Under the pieces are notes generated by a model. The model saw only the letters and a list, made by a program, of their open reading frames with translations. It was not told the origin of the DNA and did no database searches. Shown one piece after another: positions 49,275 to 58,375 of a stretch of 64,000 nucleotides of DNA. The position numbers and the translations under genes were made by a program. Origin of the DNA: Nitrospinota bacterium (GTDB lineage Bacteria; Nitrospinota; Nitrospinia; Nitrospinales; VA-1); NCBI GenBank assembly GCA_027619975.1, contig JAQCGX010000008.1, positions 8,719 to 72,718 on the forward strand. Reading direction: 5' to 3'. The stretch's first letter is position 1. Each line of letters starts with the position of its first letter.

Positions 49275-49694
49275 TTAATTTGAGCTGATTTGTTCCTGAC
49301 GGGAAATTGTTTGTGGAACCGAGGAGGCATGATGCAATACCATTTTCCAATGGTCCCCCTCATTTTTAAACAGGTTCGTGGCGTGCACTTTGGATAACTG
49401 CACTCCGGACGTTGACATGGCAAACAGATTTTCCTGACAACTCACCCAGAACATCCCATCGCCACCGCTCACTTCAATGTCCGATATTTTTATCTCCAGG
49501 TTTTCTGAGCCTGTAAATATTTTTTCCCATGACTGGATAATGTCGTCGAAACCCTTAAGGACCTCCCATCCCGGATGAATGCAGGATGAAGAACCCCCTT
49601 GCTGCCATACGGCCTGCATTAAAATAAGATCCTGCCGATTGAATGCCTCGTAAAATCTGGCATTGGCATCCATGACCGCTCTTTCTACCGACAT
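49275..49694 (-). CDS. NTF2-like/SnoaL-fold protein (DUF4440-like)
   Basis: 139 aa. ANARFYEAFNRQDL..IHPGW is typical of this fold family. Confidence 0.65.
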   Translation of the reverse strand: MSVERAVMDANARFYEAFNRQDLILMQAVWQQGGSSSCIHPGWEVLKGFDDIIQSWEKIFTGSENLEIKISDIEVSGGDGMFWVSCQENLFAMSTSGVQLSKVHATNLFKNEGDHWKMVLHHASSVPQTISRQEQISSN

Positions 49695-49762
49695 CTAATC
49701 ACCTTTTCTTTCTATGCAGACTCGGGCTGAAACAAACCTGTTCACCCCGTCGCTCGAAATTT

Positions 49763-50365
49763 TTAAGTATTTTTCAACAAATATTCTATGGCCTCGAACG
49801 TTTCTTCGGATTCCCAGTTCTTGGCGCCATCCACCCTGGCGACCACTCGCCCGGATTTATCGATGATAAACGTAAAAGGAATGCTGATCGAAGGATACAG
49901 TTTTTCGACTTTTCCTTCCGAATCGATCAGAACCGGAAAGGACAACTGATATTCTTCAGCAAAGTCCCGGACTTTCTTATCCGCGCCTTTGTCGAGGCTG
50001 ACGGCGAGAACGGTCAACCCTTCAGAACGGTAACGGCGATATAAATTCTCAAACGAAGGCATTTCAATCCGGCACGGCACACACCATGTAGCCCAGAAAT
50101 TCAACACCACCACCTGGCCTTTAAGGCTTTCCAGACTGACATGATTGCCTTCCTTGTTCCTCAAGGTAAATTGCGGCGCCAGATAACCTACCGAAGATTT
50201 TTCCTCGTCAAATTTTGCTCCAACCTGCACGTCACTCAGGGAGATGGGTTCTTCATAAAAATGTTCAAAGAAAAACAAAAGACCCACGACGAACAAAGTA
50301 ACAAAGAGTGCGACGTATTTTTTAATGGGAATAGAGCTTTTCTTTTTTGAGTCGGTCAATTTCAT
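49763..50365 (-). CDS. ccmG: TlpA/ResA/CcmG-type thiol:disulfide oxidoreductase
   Basis: 200 aa with an N-terminal anchor and the WATWCVPC active site. Last gene of the ccm cluster. Confidence 0.7.
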   Translation of the reverse strand: MKLTDSKKKSSIPIKKYVALFVTLFVVGLLFFFEHFYEEPISLSDVQVGAKFDEEKSSVGYLAPQFTLRNKEGNHVSLESLKGQVVVLNFWATWCVPCRIEMPSFENLYRRYRSEGLTVLAVSLDKGADKKVRDFAEEYQLSFPVLIDSEGKVEKLYPSISIPFTFIIDKSGRVVARVDGAKNWESEETFEAIEYLLKNT

Positions 50366-51023
50366 CTTTCATTTTTTCCTGTCGCACTCTTTGCCCCATC
50401 AATAAAAAATACAACAGCGTAAAAGCCGCAAGGGAAATTAAAAGGGTGCCCATCATGGAGTTGTCGAGCCCATTGCCAAACCCCTGGGCGGTGATCACTT
50501 TAGGTTGCGGATGAAAGGACCGCCACCACAGAACCGAAAAGTGAATGAGTGGAATATCGAGAAACCCCACAATGCCAAGGACCGCAGCATACCGCGCCCG
50601 CATGGAGCCGGAGTCGGTTTGCGCTCTTAACATGAGGTAGGCGACGTAGATCAGCCAAAGGATAAGGGTGGACGTCAACCGCGCATCCCAGACCCACCAG
50701 GCCCCCCAGATAGGTTTCGCCCAAATAGGCCCGGTGATGAGCACCAGCGAACAAAAAATCACTCCGATCTCGGCAGAGGCATGGGCGTATATATCCCACT
50801 CCCTTTCTTTTTTCCAGAGGAACAAAATACTGCACAAAAACACCACAAAAAACGCAAAAAAGGAAAGCCAGGCACAGGGAATATGAAAATACATGATGCG
50901 CTGAACGGGACCTTCGGTCTTTTCAGTAGGAGCAAAGAGGTAGATTGCGGCCATAGCGGCAACAATGACACCCGCAGTCAACCAGAGAAGAAAATAGCTT
51001 TCCTTTGTCGTCTCTTCCTTCAT
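50322..51023 (-). CDS. ccmC: Heme exporter protein CcmC
   Basis: 233 aa. WGAWWVWDARLTS is the WWD motif. Multi-TM. Confidence 0.85.
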   Translation of the reverse strand: MKEETTKESYFLLWLTAGVIVAAMAAIYLFAPTEKTEGPVQRIMYFHIPCAWLSFFAFFVVFLCSILFLWKKEREWDIYAHASAEIGVIFCSLVLITGPIWAKPIWGAWWVWDARLTSTLILWLIYVAYLMLRAQTDSGSMRARYAAVLGIVGFLDIPLIHFSVLWWRSFHPQPKVITAQGFGNGLDNSMMGTLLISLAAFTLLYFLLMGQRVRQEKMKDEIDRLKKEKLYSH

Positions 51024-51169
51024 TGTTTGGATTCCTTGTCAACCATGTCTTTTAAAAGCTGGAGATCTCTTTCCAGGGAATGGTTGCGTTTTTTCAAAGT
51101 GAACAGGTAAATAATAACCCCCGCCCACACAAACGCGTTGGCCGCAAACAAAAACTCCAGGTTGTCCAT
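51020..51169 (-). CDS. Possible CcmD-like 49-aa single-TM protein
   Basis: MDNLEFLFAANAFVWAGVIIYLFTLKKRNHSL.. with an ATGA overlap to ccmC. Starts 4 nt after the ccmB stop. Below the track cutoff. Confidence 0.45.
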   Translation of the reverse strand: MDNLEFLFAANAFVWAGVIIYLFTLKKRNHSLERDLQLLKDMVDKESKQ

Positions 51170-51173
51170 GCAA

Positions 51174-51854
51174 CTACTCCTCTAAAATATGGTCGATCGT
51201 CATTATGGAAACCCCTATGAATATAATATCAAAAGCCAGGGTCAAACCGACCCAGTTCATCATGCTCGACAAGGGTTCTCCCGCCAGCAACTGGCTGGTC
51301 ATCCGCACAACCGCAATCACCACGGGCACGATCACGGGATATAAAAGAATCGGAAGCATGATCTCCCTGGTTTTCAGATTGGACGACAAGGAGGACAACA
51401 GGGTTCCGATGCCACAAAACCCCAGCGTTCCCATCAAAATCACAACCAGCAAGGGTCCCAAATGACTTAACAAGTCTACATTAAAAAATATCATGAACAG
51501 CGGTAAAATGAAGGCTTCCATTATCAATAGAAAAATCAGGTTGCTTATCAATTTACCAAAGTAAATAGCGGTCCGGTCCGCCGGTGTCAGAATCAAACCT
51601 TCCAGACAACCGTTTTCCTTTTCCAGCATAAAGGAACGGTTTAAACCGAGGGTGCCCGCGAAGAGAAAGGCCACCCACAATATTCCCGGCCCCACTTCAT
51701 TGGCTTTAACAATGCTCAAATCCACGGAAAAAATAAAAATTACGATCACCAGAAGCGCAAATATGAACATGCTGCTGAAAAGTTCCCTTGTCTTCAGCTC
51801 GGTAACAAGGTCCTTCCAGACGATCGCTTTTATTTGATTGAGATACTGGCGCAT
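51174..51854 (-). CDS. ccmB: Heme exporter protein CcmB
   Basis: 226 aa, six hydrophobic helices, in ccm context. Confidence 0.8.
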   Translation of the reverse strand: MRQYLNQIKAIVWKDLVTELKTRELFSSMFIFALLVIVIFIFSVDLSIVKANEVGPGILWVAFLFAGTLGLNRSFMLEKENGCLEGLILTPADRTAIYFGKLISNLIFLLIMEAFILPLFMIFFNVDLLSHLGPLLVVILMGTLGFCGIGTLLSSLSSNLKTREIMLPILLYPVIVPVVIAVVRMTSQLLAGEPLSSMMNWVGLTLAFDIIFIGVSIMTIDHILEE

Positions 51855-51874
51855 GAAAGTTTCAACGATCTGTA

Positions 51875-52096
51875 GGGCATCTCTAAAAATAGACTAAATG
51901 TTCCTAATCGTTAATTTAAGGAGATGGCTTTGTTTTAGTGGGACAGGCGACCTACCCTTAAAGGTTATACGGAAGTGCGGAATTAAATTCCGCCTTTCCA
52001 GCCTGTCCGCACGGGCTAGAAAGCCCGTGCCACCGATATAAGAAATTCTTGTGCAATGTTCGATTTCCCGTAATAAACTAATTTTTAGAGGTGCCC
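51875..52096 (+). mobile_element. MITE, TIR family 1, full-length core, between ccmA and ccmB
   Basis: 222 bp with TIRs GGGCATCTCTAAAAAT / one mismatch on the right, and TGTA/TGTA TSD. Near-identical core to 21055-21276. Confidence 0.85.
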
Positions 52097-52165
52097 TGTA
52101 ATCATATAATTTTTATCCGTTCCAATCGTCCTGCGAAAATCCGTCATCGCTCCTGGACTCAAGCT

Positions 52166-52891
52166 TCAATTGCCCTCATTGATAATTTCAAAATACTGTT
52201 CCTCAAACCGGGACTTGTCCAGTTTGTCAATATTTTCAAATAAAGCAAAGCGCCCTCTCACTTGCACTGCGATTTTATCGCTCATTTCCAATCCGCAGGG
52301 AAGGTCGTGAGTGGTCATGATGATGGTTCGCTCGTGCGTGTGCAGGGAATGAAGGTACTCCTTGAGTACATTGGAGCCGTGCGGGTCGAGACCGGTGAAC
52401 GGTTCATCCAGAAACAAGATCGAAGGCTCATGAATGACCGCGCGGGCGATGGAAATGCGCTGTTGCATCCCTCGGGAAAACGTTCGAATGTTGTCATGCA
52501 TCCGTCCTTGCAGCCCTACCTCCTCTATCGCCTGAACCGCTCTCTCCCTGGGGTTTTCAAGGCCATACATCTTAGCATAAAACACCAGGTTCTCCAGTGC
52601 GCTCAAATCGGCATAAAGACAGGAAGCGTGCGCGATGACGCCCAACTCTCTCCGTAACCGGGGATCGCCTTCAGCGACATCATATCCCGCCACGGTCCCC
52701 ACGCCACTCGTGGGCTTGGTCAAACCCGCCAGGATTTTGATCAAAGTGGTTTTTCCCGCCCCGTTGGGACCAAAGATGGTCAGGAAATCTCCCTCATTCA
52801 GTTCAAAACTGATTCCGCTTAAAGCCTGCAAAACGCCAAAGGCTTTTCGAATGTCCTTAACACGGATGGTGGGATCGGAAGTATCTTTCAT
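52166..52891 (-). CDS. ccmA: Heme ABC exporter ATP-binding protein CcmA
   Basis: 241 aa with GPNGAGKTT, FSRGMQQR and LFLDEP. In ccm context. Confidence 0.8.
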   Translation of the reverse strand: MKDTSDPTIRVKDIRKAFGVLQALSGISFELNEGDFLTIFGPNGAGKTTLIKILAGLTKPTSGVGTVAGYDVAEGDPRLRRELGVIAHASCLYADLSALENLVFYAKMYGLENPRERAVQAIEEVGLQGRMHDNIRTFSRGMQQRISIARAVIHEPSILFLDEPFTGLDPHGSNVLKEYLHSLHTHERTIIMTTHDLPCGLEMSDKIAVQVRGRFALFENIDKLDKSRFEEQYFEIINEGN

Positions 52892-53042
52892 ATCAAAAAA
52901 AGCGGGTGGGGATCAATTTTCAGCGGCGATATTATTATTTGTCCCCTGTTTTCATAACGGCAGAACTGGCAGAGCCAGGAGCCGAGGAGAGGACACCGGA
53001 GGTTGGAATCACAAAACGGTTCGCAATTGGTAACCGATGGGT

Positions 53043-53381
53043 TCAGACCACCTTGGCGGGCTTGGATGATTTCTTGCCTTGCTGTTTTTCCTTTTCCAGT
53101 TCTTCCAGTCTTTCCAACAAAGCCACCGCATCCATTTCAAGTTTATTGCGGAGCCCCTGATAATCTTCCTCGGAAATTTTATCTGTCTTCAAATCAAATT
53201 CCAGATCCTTGATCGAAAGCAGGACTTCTTCTTTGCGGACCAACAAGTGTTTATACTCTTCACCCGCCTTGTCCAGTTTGGCGAACAGTTTCACCGTGGA
53301 AAGCCCGCGAAACAGGGGCACTCCCACCACACTCAAAATGGCTAAAACAAGAATTAGTTGCACTAACTGGACAAAATTCAT
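53043..53381 (-). CDS. Membrane-anchored coiled-coil protein in the ccm cluster
   Basis: 112 aa with one N-terminal TM, then a charged helical region. Sits 2 nt after the ccmH-like gene. Confidence 0.45.
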   Translation of the reverse strand: MNFVQLVQLILVLAILSVVGVPLFRGLSTVKLFAKLDKAGEEYKHLLVRKEEVLLSIKDLEFDLKTDKISEEDYQGLRNKLEMDAVALLERLEELEKEKQQGKKSSKPAKVV

Positions 53382-53383
53382 TC

Positions 53384-53869
53384 TTATGACTCGATGTTGT
53401 CCAATTCATCACGCAGGCGATCTGAATATTTTTTGGGGATGGCAGGCGCATCTTCAGCCTCGGCTTTATTATCTTCAGGGGCTCCCTTGCGCTTCCAGGC
53501 TTCGATGATTTTGCCCAAACCAAACCCACCCGCAAGGAGGGCCACAAACGGGGTCATCCAGGCCGTCAGGTTAAACCCGGTTTTCGAGGGTGCGGAAAGT
53601 ATTGTTTCCCCATGCTTGTCTATCTGCGCCTTGATGATTTGCTCAACAGTAAGCCCCGAATCCAGTAATTTGCTGAATTCCGCCCGGGTCTTATCCGACG
53701 TCGAACACGTGCAGTTAACAAGGACTTTACCGCACTTGTCATCGCACTTGCACATCAGCGCATTTTCAAGATCCGCCAGTTGCGCCGACGCTCCCGCAGA
53801 GGAGGCAAACCCGACAACCAGAAACATTGCCAGCAGGATTGCAAAAATGGTGGACTTCGTTTTCATCAT
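53384..53869 (-). CDS. CcmH/NrfF-like cytochrome c biogenesis protein with a non-canonical Cys motif
   Basis: Start at M9 (MMKTKSTIFAILL). GLTVEQIIKAQIDKHGETILSAP..WMTPFVALL matches the CcmH C-terminal pattern. The expected LRCxxC is replaced by LMCKCDDKC. Confidence 0.6.
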   Translation of the reverse strand: MMKTKSTIFAILLAMFLVVGFASSAGASAQLADLENALMCKCDDKCGKVLVNCTCSTSDKTRAEFSKLLDSGLTVEQIIKAQIDKHGETILSAPSKTGFNLTAWMTPFVALLAGGFGLGKIIEAWKRKGAPEDNKAEAEDAPAIPKKYSDRLRDELDNIES

Positions 53870-53873
53870 GCCG

Positions 53874-55898
53874 TCACTCCTGAGCCGGAGCAAACAGGGT
53901 TTCCTGTTTTTTCATCCGTGTCAATCTTCGTCTCTGCTCCAGTCTGTCTGGCCACATGCAAACCATCGTACCAAAGGCAATGACCCAGCCCCCGGTCCAG
54001 ATCCAGCTGACCATGGGATTCACGTAAACTTTTATGGTGGCTGACTCATCTTCTCTGAAATCCGCCAGAATCAGGTAAACATCCTCCACTATGGAAGAAA
54101 GCACATCCACTTCGGACACTGGTTGATTCTGCCCTTTGTAAAATTCTTTTTCAGGGCGGGCCGTCCACACCCGCTTGTTATCGCGGTAAACCCCTAACTC
54201 GGCAATGACACGGGTTTTAACAGAAGTTGCTTCGACAGCAGTCAGTTTCTCATAAGTCACGGTGTAATTGCGGAGCTTGATACTTTCCCCGATCTTCAAA
54301 TGCTTTTGATCGTGAACCCCGTAAGCCTGAGACCCTGCGATTCCGGCAAAGATTAAGACCACACCGATATGAACAATATAACCTCCGTATCGGCGCTTGT
54401 TATGCCAGGTCAACGAAGCCAACTCTCCCACAAAATTACTGCTATGCAGTTCCCGGCGGGCAACGGCTCCTTTGAAAAACTCCTTGAGAATACAAGTCAG
54501 GACAAAAACACAAAGAATAAACGTGATGTAAGTAAAAATCTCCGCCCGCTCCTCTAGAGGAACGATGGGAAATAAAACCACTGCGGCGATCAAAGCGGCC
54601 GCAAGGGGTAGCATAAAGTTTTTCTTCAGATTGGACCAGGTGGCCCGCTTCCAGGCGATCACCGGCCCAATACCGATCATTGCCAATAATGCCAAGCCGA
54701 TGGGAACATTGACCTGATTGTAAAACGGCGGTCCCACTGTAATTTTCACGCCACGGACCGCTTCGGAGATGATCGGGAAAATCGTCCCCCAGAAGGTAGC
54801 AAACGCAATGCCCAAAAGAAGAAGATTGTTCAACAGAAAACCGCTTTCACGGGATAAAAAAGAGTCCAGCTCGTTTTTGCTTTTTAACAGGGGAAGCCTG
54901 TTTAAAATCAAGCCCACACAAATTGCAATGATCACCCCCAAAAACGCCAGAAAGTAGTATCCCAGCGTCGCTTCATCAAACGTGTGCACGGATTGAATCA
55001 GCCCGCTTCGGGTTATGAAAGTTCCAAAAATAGTCATCGCAAACGTCAGCAGGACCAGCGACATGTTCCAAACCTTCATCATGTCCTTTTTCTCCTGAAT
55101 CTGGATGGAATGCAAAAACGCCGTCGCTATCAAAAGAGGCATGAAAGCCGCATTTTCCACCGGGTCCCAGGCCCAATAACCGCCCCAACCCAATTCCACA
55201 TACGCCCACGAAGCGCCAAACAGATTGCCCATGCACAGAAAAAACCAGGACAGCAGGGTCCATTTCCGGGTCAGGCGAATCCAGCCGTCATCCAGATTTT
55301 TGCTCACCAGAGCCGCCATGGCAAAGGCGAAGGGAACGGTGAACCCCACGTATCCCAGGTACAGGGTCGGTGGATGGATGACCATCCAGTAATTTTGCAG
55401 CAACGGATTCAACCCTCGGCCATCTTCTGGGGGAAGGGGAATGCGTTCAAAAGGATTGGTGGAAAAGTTGAGCAGGAAAAGGAAAAAGATGACGACGAGG
55501 AGCATGATCGTCATGGCGTAGGGCATCAAGCGAATATTCTTTTTTCTGTTCTGGAGGTAAACCACGCACATATATGTGGTCAAGAGAAACGTCCAAAATA
55601 ACAGAGAGCCTTTTTGCCCGCCCCAGAACGAAGAGACCTTATAAAAAGTGTCCAATTCCTTGTTGGAATAAGCCGCTACGTATTGAAGGCTGAAATCATC
55701 CGTCAAAAACCCCCTCAACAGGGCGGCGGATGCAATGAAAACACACCCCCACACAATGACAGGAGTCTTGTCCGCGCTCAGGTAAAGGTCGATACGGTTG
55801 CCGTTGATCGCCATGACATAAGACACACAGCCATACAAGGCAGTCGCCAAAGCTACTAGTAAACTAAATTCGCCAATATCATTCATTTTAAAAATCAC
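53874..55898 (-). CDS. ccmF: Cytochrome c heme lyase subunit CcmF
   Basis: 674 aa, multi-TM, with the WGGYWAWDPVENAAFMP WWD motif. Confidence 0.9.
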   Translation of the reverse strand: MIFKMNDIGEFSLLVALATALYGCVSYVMAINGNRIDLYLSADKTPVIVWGCVFIASAALLRGFLTDDFSLQYVAAYSNKELDTFYKVSSFWGGQKGSLLFWTFLLTTYMCVVYLQNRKKNIRLMPYAMTIMLLVVIFFLFLLNFSTNPFERIPLPPEDGRGLNPLLQNYWMVIHPPTLYLGYVGFTVPFAFAMAALVSKNLDDGWIRLTRKWTLLSWFFLCMGNLFGASWAYVELGWGGYWAWDPVENAAFMPLLIATAFLHSIQIQEKKDMMKVWNMSLVLLTFAMTIFGTFITRSGLIQSVHTFDEATLGYYFLAFLGVIIAICVGLILNRLPLLKSKNELDSFLSRESGFLLNNLLLLGIAFATFWGTIFPIISEAVRGVKITVGPPFYNQVNVPIGLALLAMIGIGPVIAWKRATWSNLKKNFMLPLAAALIAAVVLFPIVPLEERAEIFTYITFILCVFVLTCILKEFFKGAVARRELHSSNFVGELASLTWHNKRRYGGYIVHIGVVLIFAGIAGSQAYGVHDQKHLKIGESIKLRNYTVTYEKLTAVEATSVKTRVIAELGVYRDNKRVWTARPEKEFYKGQNQPVSEVDVLSSIVEDVYLILADFREDESATIKVYVNPMVSWIWTGGWVIAFGTMVCMWPDRLEQRRRLTRMKKQETLFAPAQE

Positions 55899-55973
55899 CC
55901 TACGCCGTTTCCGGTCGCAAACATGAAATATGCTTCCGGGCCCGGCTCAGACAATACAATAGTGAATGGAATA

Positions 55974-56462
55974 TTAAATCGTGGTTTTTGGTAAGGATTT
56001 GGTTAATTCGGGAGTAGCTTCTTTATATTTATCCAGATTCGGCATGGTACCAGGATGCATTTTTCCGGCTTCCTTTTCGGCCTCATATTTCGACGGGCAA
56101 CTGGTCAACAGCGTATTCGCATGAAACACACCATCCTTGGCCAGCGTTCCCTCGACCACCACTTCCTGACCATCCTTGAACATGTCTGGAATGATTCCCT
56201 CGTAAACAACATCTAGATTGGATTTTTTGTCCTCAATGGAGAAATTAACTTTCAAAAAATTTTCCGTGTCTCTGGCAATGGAGCCGGCAACCACATTTCC
56301 CTTTACTTTCAGTCCGGTGCCAGCATATGAAACCTTCTGGCTCATCAATTCATCCACCGTAAAAAAGTACTGCGACGTGGTGCTGATCCCCATAGTGATA
56401 AGATACCCTACTGCAAACACGATCAAACCACTACCTATCACAAATTTGGCCTTTTTCGGCAT
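55974..56462 (-). CDS. ccmE: Heme chaperone CcmE, CxxxY variant
   Basis: Start at M9 (MPKKAKFVIG). N-terminal anchor and OB-fold region. LTSCPSKYEAE sits where canonical CcmE has HxxxY. Confidence 0.8.
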   Translation of the reverse strand: MPKKAKFVIGSGLIVFAVGYLITMGISTTSQYFFTVDELMSQKVSYAGTGLKVKGNVVAGSIARDTENFLKVNFSIEDKKSNLDVVYEGIIPDMFKDGQEVVVEGTLAKDGVFHANTLLTSCPSKYEAEKEAGKMHPGTMPNLDKYKEATPELTKSLPKTTI

Positions 56463-56851
56463 AATAAAATTTTTCCCAACTATCACAAAATAAAGAAAAT
56501 ATAATGACTTAATACCTAAATACTATCATTCACAATTTGCGCTTGTCAAAGCAATTCCATTTTATTCAATGCGGTGATCTTGCCATAAATGGGCAAAAAA
56601 AACTCTACTACAATAAAGAAATGAATTTTCTCTCTGCTCAAAAAATTACCGTTGAAATTCCGCCACTTTCAATCTTCACCGGAAACCACTCGCCAATACA
56701 ATTCACTTAAAGTGTAAATCAAACAACCTGCAATCTATTTTTCCTTCCTGACAAGACTTCCCTCGGTATCCGCAAACCTAAATATTTAAAGGGTTTTATT
56801 GAAATCTGTTTTTTTCAATAAGTTAAACGTAAATCTAACGTTCCTTTTCTA

Positions 56852-56928
56852 TTGACAGTGCTAATGTTTATGCTAGGATTGTCTCAAATTGTCTCAATAT
56901 GTATGCTAATCGTCTCAAAACGTCTCAA
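56852..56928 (+). promoter_or_regulatory. Candidate dcw/mraZ promoter followed by four GTCTCAA direct repeats
   Basis: TTGACA (56852-57), a 16-nt spacer, then TAGGAT (56874-79). GTCTCAA at 56881, 56891, 56912 and 56922 (spacings 10, 21, 10), within two ~31-bp tandem units that each begin ATGCTA. Confidence 0.5.
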
Positions 56929-56973
56929 AGCCGATCAGCCCTTAATAAATCGCAAAACATTGGTTTTCATTAA

Positions 56974-57372
56974 ATGAGTAGTTTCCTCGGAGAACATACG
57001 ATCGTCATTGATAGTAATGGACGATTCAATGTGCCTGCAAAGTTCAAGGCCATTTTTGAAGAACAGTATGGCTCCAATATCGTTATCTGTTCCAAAAAAA
57101 ATTATCTCATGATCTCTCCAGAAAAGGAATGGGTTAAAACCGAGGAAAAGCTCTTGGCTCTCAATAACTCCGAAGATGAAAACGAGAAAGAGAAAATCCG
57201 TGCCGTTTTCCAAAACTCCACTTACGGCGAAATCAAATCAGGAAAAATATCACTTCCCCAAAAACAACGGGAGAAAGTTGGGATAAAAGTAAAAGAAGAG
57301 GCCGTTCTGATCGGAATGGCAACCTCTTTCGAAATCTGGTCGCAGGATGAATGGGCCAAATATTCAGGCTAA
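56974..57372 (+). CDS. mraZ: Transcriptional regulator MraZ
   Basis: 132 aa with two SpoVT/AbrB-like halves (DSNGRFNVPAKF and GKISLPQKQRE). First gene of the dcw cluster. Confidence 0.85.
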   Translation: MSSFLGEHTIVIDSNGRFNVPAKFKAIFEEQYGSNIVICSKKNYLMISPEKEWVKTEEKLLALNNSEDENEKEKIRAVFQNSTYGEIKSGKISLPQKQREKVGIKVKEEAVLIGMATSFEIWSQDEWAKYSG

Positions 57373-57436
57373 TGTGAGTTGTGTGAGCGGAGCATTTTTC
57401 ACTGAAAAACCACCGCCATAAGAAATGGGATAAGCA

Positions 57437-58375
57437 ATGGCGAATTTCCACGAGCCGGTATTAAAGGAAAAAGTCTTTCAATACCTTATTGCGACAGAGA
57501 AGGGGTTGATCGTGGATGGCACTTTAGGGGATGGGGGTCATACAGAATTCATTCTCAAAAACACCGGGCCCCGGTTGCGGGTACTAGGTATCGATCGGGA
57601 TGCCAGCGCCCTGGAAAGGGCGAAAAGTCGCCTGGCCCCGTTCGAAGGCAGAGTTAGCTATGCTCACGGAAATTACAGTGAAATTCAAGACATTCTCAAA
57701 AAATTCAACATCGAAAAAATCGATGGGTTCCTGGTGGATCTCGGTGTTTCCTCTCCCCAGATCGACCAGCCGGAGCGAGGCTTCAGTTTCATGCGAAACG
57801 GTCCCCTGGACATGCGAATGGACACGTCCCAGGAAGTCACCGCCGCAACGCTTCTGGAAACCCTCTCTGACGAGGAATTGGAATCTATCATCAAGAATTA
57901 TGGCGAAGAGCGCCATTACCGAAGGGTCGTTCGGGCGATCCGCAAAGCGCAGGCAATCAGCCCTATTGTTTCAACACTTCAGTTATCTCAAATCCTCTCT
58001 GGCGCGATTTTTTCAAAGCGTCCTACAAAGATTCATCCCGCAACCCGTACCTTCCAAGCCCTGCGCATTGCTGTAAACCGCGAACTGGTACATCTTAAAA
58101 CCGCGTTGCAGGATTCCCTCGGGATCCTCAACGCGGGAGCTCGCTTGGTTACTATCGCATTTCATTCCCTGGAAGATAGAATCGTGAAAAATTTTTTTCA
58201 GGACGAAGAGAAAAGCTGCATTTGCCCTCCGCGAATTCCCGTGTGTGTTTGCGACAAAAAGCCAACGCTCAAAGTGATTTCCAGAAGGGTCATAACTGCG
58301 GATGCCGATGAGGTGGTTCGCAACCCCCGTTCTTCAAGTGCAAAAATGAGAGTTGCGGAGAGGATTTATGTTTAG
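57437..58375 (+). CDS. rsmH: 16S rRNA (cytosine1402-N4)-methyltransferase
   Basis: 312 aa with HEPVL, DGTLGDGGH, DLGVSSPQ and SFHSLEDR motifs. Confidence 0.92.
   Translation: MANFHEPVLKEKVFQYLIATEKGLIVDGTLGDGGHTEFILKNTGPRLRVLGIDRDASALERAKSRLAPFEGRVSYAHGNYSEIQDILKKFNIEKIDGFLVDLGVSSPQIDQPERGFSFMRNGPLDMRMDTSQEVTAATLLETLSDEELESIIKNYGEERHYRRVVRAIRKAQAISPIVSTLQLSQILSGAIFSKRPTKIHPATRTFQALRIAVNRELVHLKTALQDSLGILNAGARLVTIAFHSLEDRIVKNFFQDEEKSCICPPRIPVCVCDKKPTLKVISRRVITADADEVVRNPRSSSAKMRVAERIYV

Noticed and set aside
14263-52096. The repeated elements as a CRISPR array, or their core as a known ribozyme
   Set aside because: The copies are kilobases apart, with TIRs and TSDs rather than regularly spaced repeats and spacers. 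I looked for hammerhead-type core sequences (CUGAUGA..GAAA around three helices) in the core and did not find them.
54984-55601. 205-aa plus-strand ORF
   Set aside because: Antisense to ccmF, which has a clear WWD motif and TM pattern.
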